The notes beneath the pieces are model-generated. The model saw only the letters and a list, made by a program, of their open reading frames with translations. It did no database searches and was not told the DNA's origin. From Tepidisphaera sp. (lineage in GTDB: Bacteria > Planctomycetota > Phycisphaerae > Phycisphaerales > UBA1924): a DNA stretch of 64,000 nt. Shown here piece by piece: positions 10,086-19,892 of this stretch. How positions within the stretch are numbered: position 1 is the first letter of the stretch; every line of letters begins with the position of its first letter. Both the position numbers and the translations under genes were made by a program. The stretch lies in the NCBI GenBank assembly GCA_050916045.1, contig CP051526.1:1408001-1472000 (forward strand), read 5' to 3'.

Positions 10086-10868
10086 ATGACCCCACACGGC
10101 ACTTCCAACCCGGCATCCAACCCCCTGCGTGACCTTGTCGACCTTTCGAACCGGCTCGGCCGGCCCGAAGCCAATCTCACGATCATCGGCGAGGGGAACA
10201 CGTCGACGTGGTGCGATGACGACACGTTCTGGGTGAAAGCGAGCGGCCGCGAGCTTCGCACGGTGACGGACAACGACTTCGTCCGGCTTTCCGTCGCGCG
10301 GGTGCTCGCGATGCTCGAGGGTCCTGAGCCATCGGACGAGCAGGTGACGCAGTGGCTTTCTCGTTGCCACGCGGACGGTCCGAGCCTGCTTCGTCCTTCG
10401 ACGGAAGCGTTGCTCCACGCGATCTGCCTGCAGGTGCCGGGCGTTCGGTGGGTGGCACACACGCACCCGGTCGCGATCAACGCGCTGTTGTGCTCCAAGT
10501 CGTACGAGCGATTTGGAGCGATGCGTCTGTTTCCAGATCACGTGGTGGTGTGCGGAGCGATCCCGCTGATGCTCCCGTACTACGACCCGGGCGTGCTCCT
10601 GGCCCGCGAGCTTTCGCGGCGCCTGGGCGAGTATCTGGCGCAGTATGGGACGTACCCGCGCGAGATCCTGCTCCAGAATCACGGGCTGATCGCGCTGGGC
10701 AAGTCGGCCCGCGACGCCGAGAACATCACGCTGATGGCGGTGAAAGCGGCGACGATCCTGCACGGCTCGATGGATTTCGGCGGGCCGCACGCGATGAGCA
10801 TGCTGGACATCAACCGCATCGCCTCCCGGACCGACGAGCACTACCGCCAGCGCATGTTCGGGCAGTGA
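10086..10868 (+). CDS. Class II aldolase/adducin family protein
   Basis: GEGNTS, RPSTEALLH, AHTHP and LQNHGL zinc-binding motifs. Confidence 0.9.
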   Translation: MTPHGTSNPASNPLRDLVDLSNRLGRPEANLTIIGEGNTSTWCDDDTFWVKASGRELRTVTDNDFVRLSVARVLAMLEGPEPSDEQVTQWLSRCHADGPSLLRPSTEALLHAICLQVPGVRWVAHTHPVAINALLCSKSYERFGAMRLFPDHVVVCGAIPLMLPYYDPGVLLARELSRRLGEYLAQYGTYPREILLQNHGLIALGKSARDAENITLMAVKAATILHGSMDFGGPHAMSMLDINRIASRTDEHYRQRMFGQ

Positions 10869-10957
10869 CGCCGGGCTGGCGTGACGGCATTCGGCGCGGT
10901 ATGCTCGCCACTTCAAATCCAGGCGCCCTCGGTTCCACGCCGTTTCCGGAGTCATCC

Positions 10958-11956
10958 ATGAGACTTTCCATCGCCGCTTCCGCTTTCGCACTCCTCTCCG
11001 TCGGCCTTGCGGCTTGCGATCAGAAAGCAAACGCCCCCAAGCCGGCCGGCGCGGCGAACGCGCCGGCCAAGCTCCGCGTCGCGGTGATCCCCAAGGGCAC
11101 CACGCACGAGTTCTGGAAGGGTGTCGAGCGCGGAGCCAAGAAAGCCGGGGATGAGCTTGGCGTTGAGATCCTCTGGAAGGGTCCGCCGAAGGAGGACGAC
11201 ACGGCTCAGCAGATCCAGGTCGTGCAGCAGTTCGTGACCGACAAGGTGTCGGCGATCGTGCTCGCCCCGCTGAACGACACGGCGCTCCTCGGACAGGTCC
11301 AGCAAGCGTCCGCGGCGGGCATTCCCGTCGCGATCATCGATTCGGCCCTGAAAGGCGAAGCGGGCAAGGACTTCATCGGTTACTACGGCACCGACAACCG
11401 CGCGGCCGGAGCTTCGGGCGGCAAGCACCTCGCCTCGATCATCAAAGCCGCCGGCGGGACGTCGGCGGTGCTGCTGCGGTACACCTCCGGATCCGCGAGC
11501 ACGAACCAGCGCGAGGAGGGAGCGCTCGAAGCTCTGAAAGCCGGCGGCATCACCATGGCTTCGGACAACCAGTACGGCGAAGTGACGCCCGAATCGGCCA
11601 AGACCAAAGCGTTGCAGATGATCGACACTGTCAAAGCGGCGGGCGGGGTCTTCACGGTCAACGAATCGACCACGCTCGGCATGCTGCTCGCGCTTCGCCA
11701 AGCCGGCCTCGCGGGCAAGATCCAGTTCGTCGGGTTTGACGCCAGCCCGCCCTTGGTCGAAGCACTGCGTGCGGGCGAGATCCATGCGCTGGTCGTGCAG
11801 AACCCCGAACGGATGGGGGAGATCGGCGTGCAGCAAGCGGTCCGCAAGGCTCGGGGTGAGACCGCCGAGATTGCGATCGACACCGGAGCCGTGCTTGTGA
11901 CCAAGGAGAACATGGAGTCGCCCGAGGTCAAGAGCCTGTTGCCCGCGGCGAAGTGA
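10958..11956 (+). CDS. Sugar ABC transporter substrate-binding lipoprotein (RbsB-like)
   Basis: Lipobox LAAC, VIPKGTTHEFW, GTDN, VGFD, VVQNP. Confidence 0.93.
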   Translation: MRLSIAASAFALLSVGLAACDQKANAPKPAGAANAPAKLRVAVIPKGTTHEFWKGVERGAKKAGDELGVEILWKGPPKEDDTAQQIQVVQQFVTDKVSAIVLAPLNDTALLGQVQQASAAGIPVAIIDSALKGEAGKDFIGYYGTDNRAAGASGGKHLASIIKAAGGTSAVLLRYTSGSASTNQREEGALEALKAGGITMASDNQYGEVTPESAKTKALQMIDTVKAAGGVFTVNESTTLGMLLALRQAGLAGKIQFVGFDASPPLVEALRAGEIHALVVQNPERMGEIGVQQAVRKARGETAEIAIDTGAVLVTKENMESPEVKSLLPAAK

Positions 11957-12006
11957 GGGTTCGCGAGATCGGGTAGGATGGTGCGGTCCCCCTGCCGCGT
12001 CGACCT

Positions 12007-13008
12007 ATGCCATCGAAAGTCCGTTCCATCACGAAGATTCTGGCTCCGGCGCTCGCTTTGGCGGCGGTCTGGACGCTTTTCGCGCTGCAGGTGCCCGAGG
12101 GGCGGTTCGCGACGCTTGATAATCAGAAGCTGATGCTGACGCAGACGGCGGTGGTGGGGACGGCGGCGGTGGGGGCGACGCTGATCATCGCGTCGCGGGG
12201 TCTGGATCTGTCGGTGGGTTCGACGATCGCGCTGGGCACGATGATGATCGCGTGGCTCTTGAATCTCGGCTGGTCGCCGTGGCTTGCGGCGCTGGTGGGG
12301 GGCGTTGGCGTGGCGGCGGGGATCGGCGGGGTGATCGGGCTTTTGGTGACGGGTCGTCTGCTGCCCAAGCCGTTGCCGAGGCTGCCGCTTTCGCCGTTCA
12401 TCGTGACGCTTGGGATGCTGAGCATCGTGCGTGGGCTGGCGTCGGGGATCGGCGGGGAGCGGCCGATCTATCCGCCGAGTGGACCGGAGGGCGGCTCGGG
12501 GTTTCTGCCGAAGCTGATGGGGACGTCGGTGGCGTGGCTGCCGCCGGGCGTGTGGATGTTGCTGGTGCTTGCGATCGGGATGTCTCTCCTGCTCCGACGG
12601 ACTGTGCTCGGCCGTCACGCGCTGGCGATCGGGGACAATGAAGCGGCGGCGCGGTACGCGGGCGTGCCGATCGACCGCACGAAGCTTCTGGTCTATGTGA
12701 TCGGCGTGGGGTGTGCGGGGCTGGCGGCGGTGCTTCAGTTCTCGTACCTGACGCTTGGCGATCCGGTAACGGCGAGCGGGATGGAGCTTTCGGTGATCGC
12801 GGCGTGCGTGATCGGCGGAGCGAGCTTGTCGGGCGGGTCGGCGAGCGTGTCGGGGACGCTGATCGGGGCTTTGCTGATGACGGTGGTGGCGAACGGGTGC
12901 ACGAAGCTGAACCTGCCGAACTGGATCCAGATGGTGATCACCGGCGCGATCATCATGACCGCGGTGGCGGTGGATCAGTGGCGAAGGACAAGCACGGGGC
13001 CGCGGTAG
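12007..13008 (+). CDS. Sugar ABC transporter permease (RbsC-like)
   Basis: GLDLSVGS, PFIVTLG, AIGDNEAAARYAG, IAACVIGGASLSGG. Confidence 0.93.
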   Translation: MPSKVRSITKILAPALALAAVWTLFALQVPEGRFATLDNQKLMLTQTAVVGTAAVGATLIIASRGLDLSVGSTIALGTMMIAWLLNLGWSPWLAALVGGVGVAAGIGGVIGLLVTGRLLPKPLPRLPLSPFIVTLGMLSIVRGLASGIGGERPIYPPSGPEGGSGFLPKLMGTSVAWLPPGVWMLLVLAIGMSLLLRRTVLGRHALAIGDNEAAARYAGVPIDRTKLLVYVIGVGCAGLAAVLQFSYLTLGDPVTASGMELSVIAACVIGGASLSGGSASVSGTLIGALLMTVVANGCTKLNLPNWIQMVITGAIIMTAVAVDQWRRTSTGPR

Positions 13009-13023
13009 GCCCGGTCCGGAGGT

Positions 13024-13245
13024 TCACGGCGTTGGCGTCGAGCCCGGCCCCGCGGGGCGCGAGGCTTTGCCCGCCGCGATCGCGATGAGGGCCACGCCGA
13101 GGGTGAGCATCGTGCCGCGGATGATCCAACCGACGGTCGGGCCCCACATGTCGATCCACGCGAGCAGGATGAACTGCAGGTTGAGGTAGGGAAGCAGCGC
13201 CGAGCCGACCGCGAAAATGATGAGCCACACGCCGATGGACTTCAT
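13024..13245 (-). CDS. Small membrane protein (73 aa)
   Basis: Strong SD AAAGGAGG before ATG 13245; hydrophobic helices with WIDMWG motif. Confidence 0.8.
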   Translation of the reverse strand: MKSIGVWLIIFAVGSALLPYLNLQFILLAWIDMWGPTVGWIIRGTMLTLGVALIAIAAGKASRPAGPGSTPTP

Positions 13246-13352
13246 GGGACCTCCTTTGGCTTGCTCAAGCGTACCAGAATGCGTGAGCTCGGCTGCGGGG
13301 TTCCTCGCTCGGGCCGTGCGGATGGCAACAATGCCCGGTGCCCACGCGAACC

Positions 13353-14117
13353 ATGCTCGAAGTTGCCCGGTCGGTCGATGCGACGCCCGATCTGATCCCC
13401 GTGCTCGATGAGCTCTTCGCCGGCATGTCTTCGCTGGGGAGCGCAACGCGGCGGATCGCGACGCTGGTCGAGCGGTTCGCCAGCCCCGGTCGGCGAGCGC
13501 GGGTGCTCGACCTCGCGTGCGGCAAGGGAGCGGTGGGGGTTGAGCTCGCCGCCCGGACGGGTTGCCGCGTCGTGGGGGTGGATGCGTGCCAAGCGTTCCT
13601 CACGGCGGCTCGCGATGCGGCCCAGCGCCGGGGCGTGGTCCACCGCTGTCTCTGGGTCGAGTGCGATGTGCGGACCTTCGCGCGGGACTTCGCCCGAATG
13701 CATCCACGCCCGTACGACGCGGGCATGATGATCGGGCTTTTTCCGCTCGACCAAGCGGCGCGCGTGCTCGGCCCGCTTGTTCGCTCGGGTGGGATTTACA
13801 TCATCGACGATGTCGTGCTCGACCCGAGACACCCCCAGGCACGACGATTCCGAGACGTTCCGGACAAGGAAGCGTGTTCACGGACGATCGAGCGGCTTGG
13901 CGACCGTGTCGAACACCGCGTGCTCCTGCCCCGAGGGGTGATCCTGGCGCAGAGCCGCGCGGTCCTGTCAAGGCTGCGTCGGTCGGCGGCTTCTGTTGCG
14001 GCAAAGCGACCTGACCTCCGTCGCTCGCTCAAAGCGTTTCTCGCCCGGCAAGAGAAAGCCTCGGCGTTGCTTGTCGGCGCACTGCGTCCGACGATCTGGG
14101 TGGTGCGGCGGCTTTGA
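13353..14117 (+). CDS. Class I SAM-dependent methyltransferase
   Basis: VLDLACGKG motif I and VVGVD motif II; start uncertain (13338 GTG or 13353 ATG). Confidence 0.85.
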   Translation: MLEVARSVDATPDLIPVLDELFAGMSSLGSATRRIATLVERFASPGRRARVLDLACGKGAVGVELAARTGCRVVGVDACQAFLTAARDAAQRRGVVHRCLWVECDVRTFARDFARMHPRPYDAGMMIGLFPLDQAARVLGPLVRSGGIYIIDDVVLDPRHPQARRFRDVPDKEACSRTIERLGDRVEHRVLLPRGVILAQSRAVLSRLRRSAASVAAKRPDLRRSLKAFLARQEKASALLVGALRPTIWVVRRL

Positions 14118-14243
14118 ACTGAGTTCGCCGTGGAGAGGTTTCTGGACGCAGGGAAGCTCGCTTGCAGCGAAAAACCACGGGTGCGGGGGCGAAAATCGTG
14201 CACGGAACCGCCCGTCACGGGCTCGCCCGACTACGCTTCGCCA

Positions 14244-15710
14244 ATGACCGTGCTTGACACCAAAGCGTCCCGCGCGAACCCGGGGAATGCCCTCCGCAGC
14301 GACCCTCGTTTGGACGAGATCCGCCGGAAAGTTCAGGCCGGTGAGCGGCTCAGCCTGGCCGACGGCGACCTGCTCTACACCACCCGCGACATCTACTCCG
14401 TCCTCGAGATGGCCGACAGCGTGCGTCGCCGGTTGCACGGTGACAACGCGTACTACAACATCAACCGCCACCTGAACTACTCCAACGTCTGCGCGCTGTC
14501 GTGCAAGTTCTGCGAGTTCTACCGCAAGAAGGGCGACCCGGGCGAATATACCCGCGACATGGACTACATCCGCGGCGAAGCCCGGAAAGCCGTTGAAGCC
14601 GGGGCCACCGAGATCCACTCCGTCGGCGGCCTCAACCCGTACCTGCCCTTCTCGTACTACACGGACATGATCCGCACGCTCCGCGAGGAAGCCCGGGCTT
14701 TGGGCAGCGACCTGCACGTGAAAGCGTTCACCGCGGTCGAGATCGTCCACCTCGCCAAGATCGCCAAGGTCTACAAGGGCGCCAACGCCCCGGGCGAAGA
14801 GGGCCGCATCGCCCGCCGCGCCGGCATCCGCCACGTGCTCAGCGAGCTGAAAGCCGCGGGCTTGGGCAGCTTGCCCGGCGGCGGCGCCGAGGTCTTTGAC
14901 GACCGCGTGCACGATGAAGCCTACAAGGGCAAGATCCGGTCGGACGTCTGGCTTGATGTTCACACGATCGCCCATGAGCTCGGCCTCAACAGCAACGCGA
15001 CGATCCTGTACGGGCACATCGAGCAGCGGCACGACCGCCTCGTGCACATGGACATGCTCCGCCGCGAGCAGGATGCGGCTCTCGCGCGGCTTGGGTACAC
15101 GGGTGTTCCTTCAGAGCCCGACGCGCCAGCGAGGGTGAATGGCACCCAAGCCGATTTGGCGAGCCTGACCGGAACTGTGGACGATGATGCATTGACGACC
15201 TCCGAGGGCGGCCACCTGGGGTATCGCGAGGGTGCTTCGGATGCGCCGGTGATTACGCTGACGCGGCCGGGGACGCCGCTTCCGGAGCAGCTTGTCTTCG
15301 GCGCGGAATCGCAGCGGCGTGCGGCGGCTTCGGGGTACTACCAGACGATCATCCCGCTTCCGTTCTTTCCCGACGGGTCCGAGCTTGAGCATCTGGCCGG
15401 GCCCTCGGGCCTCGAGAATCTCCGCACGCTTGCGATCTCCCGCCTGATGCTCGACAACTTCCCTCACGTGAAAGCCTTCTGGATCATGCAGACGCTCCCG
15501 ATGGCTCAGCTCATGCTTCAGAGCGGCGCCGACGACATCGACGGCACAATCGTCTGGTACGACATCACGAAGGTGGGCGGGTCTTCGACGCATCAGGAGG
15601 TCAACGTCTGGACGCTTCAGAAAGCGATCCGCGAAGCGGGGTTCGTCCCTGTCGAGCGCGACACGCTGTACCGCCGGGTGAAGCGTGACGGGGTGAAGTG
15701 GAGCGTGTGA
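14244..15710 (+). CDS. mqnE: CofH/MqnE-family radical SAM enzyme (probable aminofutalosine synthase) with internal insertion
   Basis: NYSNVCALSCKFC, HVKAFTAVEI, LPGGGAEVF, ATILYGHIE, RLMLDNFPHVKAFW, GADDIDGT, PVERDTLY. Confidence 0.8.
   Translation: MTVLDTKASRANPGNALRSDPRLDEIRRKVQAGERLSLADGDLLYTTRDIYSVLEMADSVRRRLHGDNAYYNINRHLNYSNVCALSCKFCEFYRKKGDPGEYTRDMDYIRGEARKAVEAGATEIHSVGGLNPYLPFSYYTDMIRTLREEARALGSDLHVKAFTAVEIVHLAKIAKVYKGANAPGEEGRIARRAGIRHVLSELKAAGLGSLPGGGAEVFDDRVHDEAYKGKIRSDVWLDVHTIAHELGLNSNATILYGHIEQRHDRLVHMDMLRREQDAALARLGYTGVPSEPDAPARVNGTQADLASLTGTVDDDALTTSEGGHLGYREGASDAPVITLTRPGTPLPEQLVFGAESQRRAAASGYYQTIIPLPFFPDGSELEHLAGPSGLENLRTLAISRLMLDNFPHVKAFWIMQTLPMAQLMLQSGADDIDGTIVWYDITKVGGSSTHQEVNVWTLQKAIREAGFVPVERDTLYRRVKRDGVKWSV
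15110..15136 (+). repeat. REP-like repeat inside the mqnE-like coding sequence
   Basis: 27/27 identity to the reverse complement of intergenic 2690-2716; read in frame as SEPDAPAR. Confidence 0.75.
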
Positions 15711-16417
15711 GCGAATCCGAAGCGGCGTACGACGAGGCGGCCTTTACCGAGAAAGCCGCCCGGAACGCGATCCTGTCCTCATGGCTCCGCGCCGCAGCGG
15801 TGAGTCTTCTCCTGGTACTCTTCCTCTACGGGTGTGCGTCCGTCGCGCGAGGCGATCTCATCGTTCTGTGGGTCGCTCTGGCCGGTCCGTTCTGCGCGGT
15901 CGCCTACGCCCGGATGCTCGATCTTCGCTCGCAGTGGCATCCCACCACACGGTACTGGCTCGTCATCGCTCCGGCTTTCACGCACCCGATCTGGGCAACG
16001 CTGCTGACGATCGCGGTCGAGATCACTGGGCTCGCGGGAGTGTTCGGTGCCTCGAACCCGCTTCAGCTCGGCGCGGCCGTGACCGTGGGCGTGCTGAGCC
16101 TGACGTTCGCGCTGGCGGAGAGGTCGTTCGTGCCGTTCGCGACGCTCGCCGGGGCGGCGGTGCTTTGCATCCTGCCCAGCGCCTTCGGCGCTCGGGTGAC
16201 GTCGTCGCGCGGTGTGATGATGGCGGCGCTGGCGTGCTTGGTGCCGCTCGCGACGCTGGCGTTGATGAACCAGCTCCATATCCGGCGACGCATCCGTCGG
16301 CCGGGGCGGTGCGAGCGGTGCCAGTATCTCGCGGTGGGGCTGTCTCGGTGTCCGGAGTGCGGCGGGAAGATCGCTCCTCTGGACGGGCCGGTCGAGCATG
16401 ACGCCCGTTTCGACTGA
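15707..16417 (+). CDS. Multi-pass membrane protein with C-terminal zinc ribbon
   Basis: GTG overlaps the upstream TGA (GTGA); several hydrophobic segments; CERC-x9-CPECG tail. Confidence 0.8.
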   Translation: MSESEAAYDEAAFTEKAARNAILSSWLRAAAVSLLLVLFLYGCASVARGDLIVLWVALAGPFCAVAYARMLDLRSQWHPTTRYWLVIAPAFTHPIWATLLTIAVEITGLAGVFGASNPLQLGAAVTVGVLSLTFALAERSFVPFATLAGAAVLCILPSAFGARVTSSRGVMMAALACLVPLATLALMNQLHIRRRIRRPGRCERCQYLAVGLSRCPECGGKIAPLDGPVEHDARFD

Positions 16418-16427
16418 TTCCGCGAAT

Positions 16428-16458
16428 CGGCGTTCACGCCGGTCGGGCGTGGACGCCG
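16428..16458. terminator. GC-rich hairpin between convergent genes
   Basis: CGGCGTTCACGCC-ggtcg-GGCGTGGACGCCG, 13-bp stem with one G-T pair; no clear U tract. Confidence 0.4.
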
Positions 16459-16684
16459 AGCCGGCTGGCCCGCCGGCGGGGAGGAGAGAGGAGAGAGCGT
16501 GTGGTGGCGAGCAGACCCGTTGTTCCGGTCGCGTCCTTGCGACTGGCCGTGCGGTTCTGCTCTGGAGTGATCGAGGAGTCCGTTCCCGACCAATCCGACA
16601 TCCGTGGCTCGCGAAGCGGGTGAGCGACGCGGGCCCTCTGATCGAACATCCGCCGTCCTGGCGTGCGTTCGAAGTGTGCGTTGT

Positions 16685-17191
16685 TCAGCTTGCGATGGAA
16701 GCGACCTGGGAGTCGTGGACGAGGCGGAGCTTCTGGATGCCTCGGAACTTCCAGTTGTTGACGGTTGAGACCTTGACGTCGAGGGCTTTGGCGGCGGCTT
16801 CGTAGCTGAGGCCTTCGCAGATGATGAGCCTGAGCGCGTCCTGCTCGGCGTCGCTGAGCTGGTTCATGGCGCCGGCGCAGTGCGTGTCGTCGGGGGTTTC
16901 GCGGAACGCGACGGCTTCGGGGCGTTCCGTGCGCTCGTTGGTGAAGCGTTCGAGCTGCACCTTCTGCTTGTGTCGGCGCTTGATGAGGTTGTCGGCGACC
17001 TTGATGAGGTAGCCGCTGTTGACGACCCGGTCCTCAAGGTCGGGGATTCGGAGGAGTCGGGTGAAGACCTCCTGGGCGACGTCCTCAGCGGTGGGGGCGT
17101 CGACGGAACGTCGGGCGAACCAGTAGACCCGGTCGTAGAACTGCTCGAACAGAGACAGGACCAAAGCTCCGCGTGTGCTCGCGATCATCAC
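16685..17191 (-). CDS. ECF RNA polymerase sigma factor
   Basis: Region 2 AEDVAQEVF, region 4 LSYEAAAKALDVKVSTVNNWKFRG; SD GGGAGG. Confidence 0.9.
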   Translation of the reverse strand: MMIASTRGALVLSLFEQFYDRVYWFARRSVDAPTAEDVAQEVFTRLLRIPDLEDRVVNSGYLIKVADNLIKRRHKQKVQLERFTNERTERPEAVAFRETPDDTHCAGAMNQLSDAEQDALRLIICEGLSYEAAAKALDVKVSTVNNWKFRGIQKLRLVHDSQVASIAS

Positions 17192-17644
17192 AAGGCCTCC
17201 CTGCTACGCGTTCACGAGTACCACCTCGACGAACGCCACCAGAAACCGTCTTCAGCCCCGGCCACCACGCCGGACCACCCGAATGGGCACGCTTGAAGAC
17301 GCCACCGAAACTTCCAACCCGTCGATCTGGCTCACCGTCGGGGAACCACCCCGTCCCACCAGTGTGGGAATATCTGAGCTTTCTCGACGCCGGGCCTCGC
17401 ACACACAGAGCAACCCAGAATCTTCATCGGGCTCGTGCCCGGAACCAACCTTAAAACCACCCCCCCTTCAAATCGCGGATGAGGACAAATTCATCCGGGG
17501 GTCATCCTACCGATAACAATTCGACCGGAGCCGGGGATTTTCATGGCTTTGGTCACAAGTCGAACAATTCTGCCAAGATGGGTGAAACACCCTGCAAGTC
17601 TGGGGGATTGTCAGAAGACGGCCATGCAGAGAAATGCCACCCAT

Positions 17645-17663
17645 TTGCGCAAAACTTGCGCAA
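17645..17663. promoter_or_regulatory. Tandem palindromes TTGCGCAA-AAC-TTGCGCAA, candidate transcription factor site
   Basis: Two perfect 8-bp palindromes at 11-bp periodicity in a divergent intergenic region. Confidence 0.35.
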
Positions 17664-17717
17664 TCCTGCCCGGGTGTCGTGCACCGGTCGGTCATCGACG
17701 TTGGTTCAGGGGAAGAC

Positions 17718-18005
17718 ATGAACGCGCATCGCCAGGTTTCCACGGAGAAACTCGCCGGGGGGACGGCTGTCCAGCCATCCTCGCGTGCCGAGTCCATATT
17801 TCGAACGCTGAACCGACGTGCCGCTTCGCTCGCGGTCAGCGACGACGCCAACGTCGCCCAGAGTCTGTCGGCGAGCGCCTCGGCGATGATCGCGGACTCG
17901 CTCTGTCGGTTGACGAGCGTCGAGCCGGAATGCTGTTCCGGTTGTCCGGCCGCGACGCCGGATGGTGCGCCGATGCTCAGGTTGGTCGGCGGTCTGGACG
18001 ACTGA
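17718..18005 (+). CDS. Hypothetical protein (95 aa)
   Basis: Purine-rich SD-like AGGGGAAG before ATG; overlaps the convergent tilS end by 29 nt. Confidence 0.5.
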   Translation: MNAHRQVSTEKLAGGTAVQPSSRAESIFRTLNRRAASLAVSDDANVAQSLSASASAMIADSLCRLTSVEPECCSGCPAATPDGAPMLRLVGGLDD

Positions 18006-18996
18006 TCGTCACCCGGTCCGACTCGACCAGCACTTCGGCTTTGCCCCAGGCGAACCGCCGGATTCCGCCCATCTCATCCCGCACTGCTCTGGCGAGGATC
18101 TCACCCGCCCGCCAGGTCATGCCGTCGGACCCGAGGCCTCCCTCAAGTACCACCCGACGCAACGCGGCATGAACGATGGCACGGTCGGCGACCCGAAGCA
18201 CATCCCGCGAGAGAACGCCGGGTTCCAGCTTGGCGTGCGTCACAAGATTCCTGGCCGCGCGGTCCACCACCCGCTCGACCGAGCGCATCCGCGCGGCGAA
18301 TTCGTCGGCTCGCGGCACCAAGCCCGGGAAAAGCTCTGCGAGGCGGGGCACGATCTCGGCTCGGATCGCGTTGCGTGTGATTCTGGTGTCGGCGTTGGTG
18401 GCATCCACGCGCGGCGAAAGCTCCGCCAAGGCGCAGAGGGACGCGAGCTCCGCGCGGCGGACGCCAAGACAGGGTCGGATGACACGCACGGGCGAGCTTT
18501 CGAGTTTGCGGACGGGAAGGATGCCTCGCAAGCCCGTGGGCCCGGATCCGCGAGCGAGGCGCATGATGAGGGTTTCGAGTTGGTCGTCGGCGTGGTGGCC
18601 GGTCGCGATGAACCGCGTGCGGGCTTGCTCGGCGAGCGAAGCGAGCGCGCGGTATCGGTGCGTGCGGGCGCTTGCTTCGGCGCTGCCCGGGAGCGAACGG
18701 ACCTCGACGGACGCTTGAAGGAAGGGGACGCCGAGACGAGCGGCGAGCGAAGCGACGTAGTCGCGGTCGGCGTGGGTTTCGGTCGCGGGTCGCAGGTCGT
18801 GGATGATGTGGGCCAGGCCGAAGAGACCGCCCGTGGCATGGACGGCCAGAGCCAACGCGACGGAATCCGGACCGCCCGAGCACGCGACGAGGGTGCGGCG
18901 GTCGGCATCCACGGTGCGCGTGCCTCCCGTGAGCGCCCGCCAGCGGCGGAGCACCTTCGCGACGGTGGGATCTCGCTTGGAGAGTGGCAGAGCCAT
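17977..18996 (-). CDS. tilS: tRNA(Ile)-lysidine synthetase
   Basis: PP-loop ACSGGPDS, EASARTHRY, TGHHADDQLET, IRPCL, DATN...RNAIR. Confidence 0.93.
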   Translation of the reverse strand: MALPLSKRDPTVAKVLRRWRALTGGTRTVDADRRTLVACSGGPDSVALALAVHATGGLFGLAHIIHDLRPATETHADRDYVASLAARLGVPFLQASVEVRSLPGSAEASARTHRYRALASLAEQARTRFIATGHHADDQLETLIMRLARGSGPTGLRGILPVRKLESSPVRVIRPCLGVRRAELASLCALAELSPRVDATNADTRITRNAIRAEIVPRLAELFPGLVPRADEFAARMRSVERVVDRAARNLVTHAKLEPGVLSRDVLRVADRAIVHAALRRVVLEGGLGSDGMTWRAGEILARAVRDEMGGIRRFAWGKAEVLVESDRVTISRPDRRPT

Positions 18997-19157
18997 ATGA
19001 CCAAGCGTACCGCGAAAGTGTTCGGTGGTGCGAACGCCGTGGATTCAAGGGACGTACCGTCGTGGGGCGGGACGGGGATGGAAGCCTGGGTGTGGATGGG
19101 GCTCGCGCGGTGAACGCGGAGGATCTTGAGTCGCCGCGTCGCGGCAGAGGGTTCGGC

Positions 19158-19892
19158 ATGATCCGTTGTCGGGAGGTTTGCAAGACGTATGAGATCGGGG
19201 GCAGGAGGGTTGAGGCTCTCCGCGGCTTCTCGATGACGATCGATGCGCCGGGGTTCTACGCCATTATGGGGCAATCGGGGAGCGGCAAGAGCACGCTTTT
19301 GCACCTGCTGGCGGCGCTGGATCAGCCGGACTCGGGCGAGATCTTCGTGGCGGGCAAGCCTGTGCACTCGATGAACGAGACGCAGGCGACGGAGTATCGG
19401 CGGTCGACGGTGGGGATCGTTTTCCAGTCGTTCAACCTGATTCCAACGCTGACGGCGGTTGAGAACGTCGAGCTTCCGGGGCTTCTGGCGGGCGCAAATC
19501 AGGCGGAACTTCGGGCGCGGTCGACGGAGCTTCTGGGCAGGCTTGGGATCGGCGAGCGGGCGGGGCATCGTCCGGACGCGATGAGCGGGGGTGAGCAGCA
19601 GCGGGTGGCGATCGCGCGGTCGCTGCTAATGTCGCCGCCGGTGCTGCTTGCGGATGAGCCGACGGGGAATCTCGATTCGGCGAGCAGCGAGAACTTGTGG
19701 GGGCTGCTTGAGTCGGTGGCGCGGGATTACAAGGTGACGATTGTGATGGTGACGCACGAGCCGGCGGCGGCGGCGCACTGTTCGAGCGTGATGGTGCTGC
19801 GAGACGGGCGCCTGCACGGGACATTCAACACGGAGGGTCGTGATGCGGCCGGGATTGCGGCTCGCTACCAGCAATGTCTTCGTCAGGAGTAG
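19158..19892 (+). CDS. ABC transporter ATP-binding protein (LolD/MacB-like)
   Basis: GQSGSGKST, MSGGEQQRVAIAR, LLADEPTGNLD. Confidence 0.95.
   Translation: MIRCREVCKTYEIGGRRVEALRGFSMTIDAPGFYAIMGQSGSGKSTLLHLLAALDQPDSGEIFVAGKPVHSMNETQATEYRRSTVGIVFQSFNLIPTLTAVENVELPGLLAGANQAELRARSTELLGRLGIGERAGHRPDAMSGGEQQRVAIARSLLMSPPVLLADEPTGNLDSASSENLWGLLESVARDYKVTIVMVTHEPAAAAHCSSVMVLRDGRLHGTFNTEGRDAAGIAARYQQCLRQE

Noticed and set aside
5445..11956. Long N-terminal extensions of the DeoR (605 aa), kinase (758 aa) and binding-protein (534 aa) ORFs
   Set aside because: They overlap neighbouring real genes; the recognisable domains start at 6218, 8579 and 10958.
15139..15147. ATGGCACCC match to the R1-R3 repeat arm inside mqnE
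   Set aside because: Only 9 bp; compatible with chance.
14244..15710. Intein as the explanation for the MqnE insertion
   Set aside because: No C/S start with HN-C/S/T end motif, and too short.
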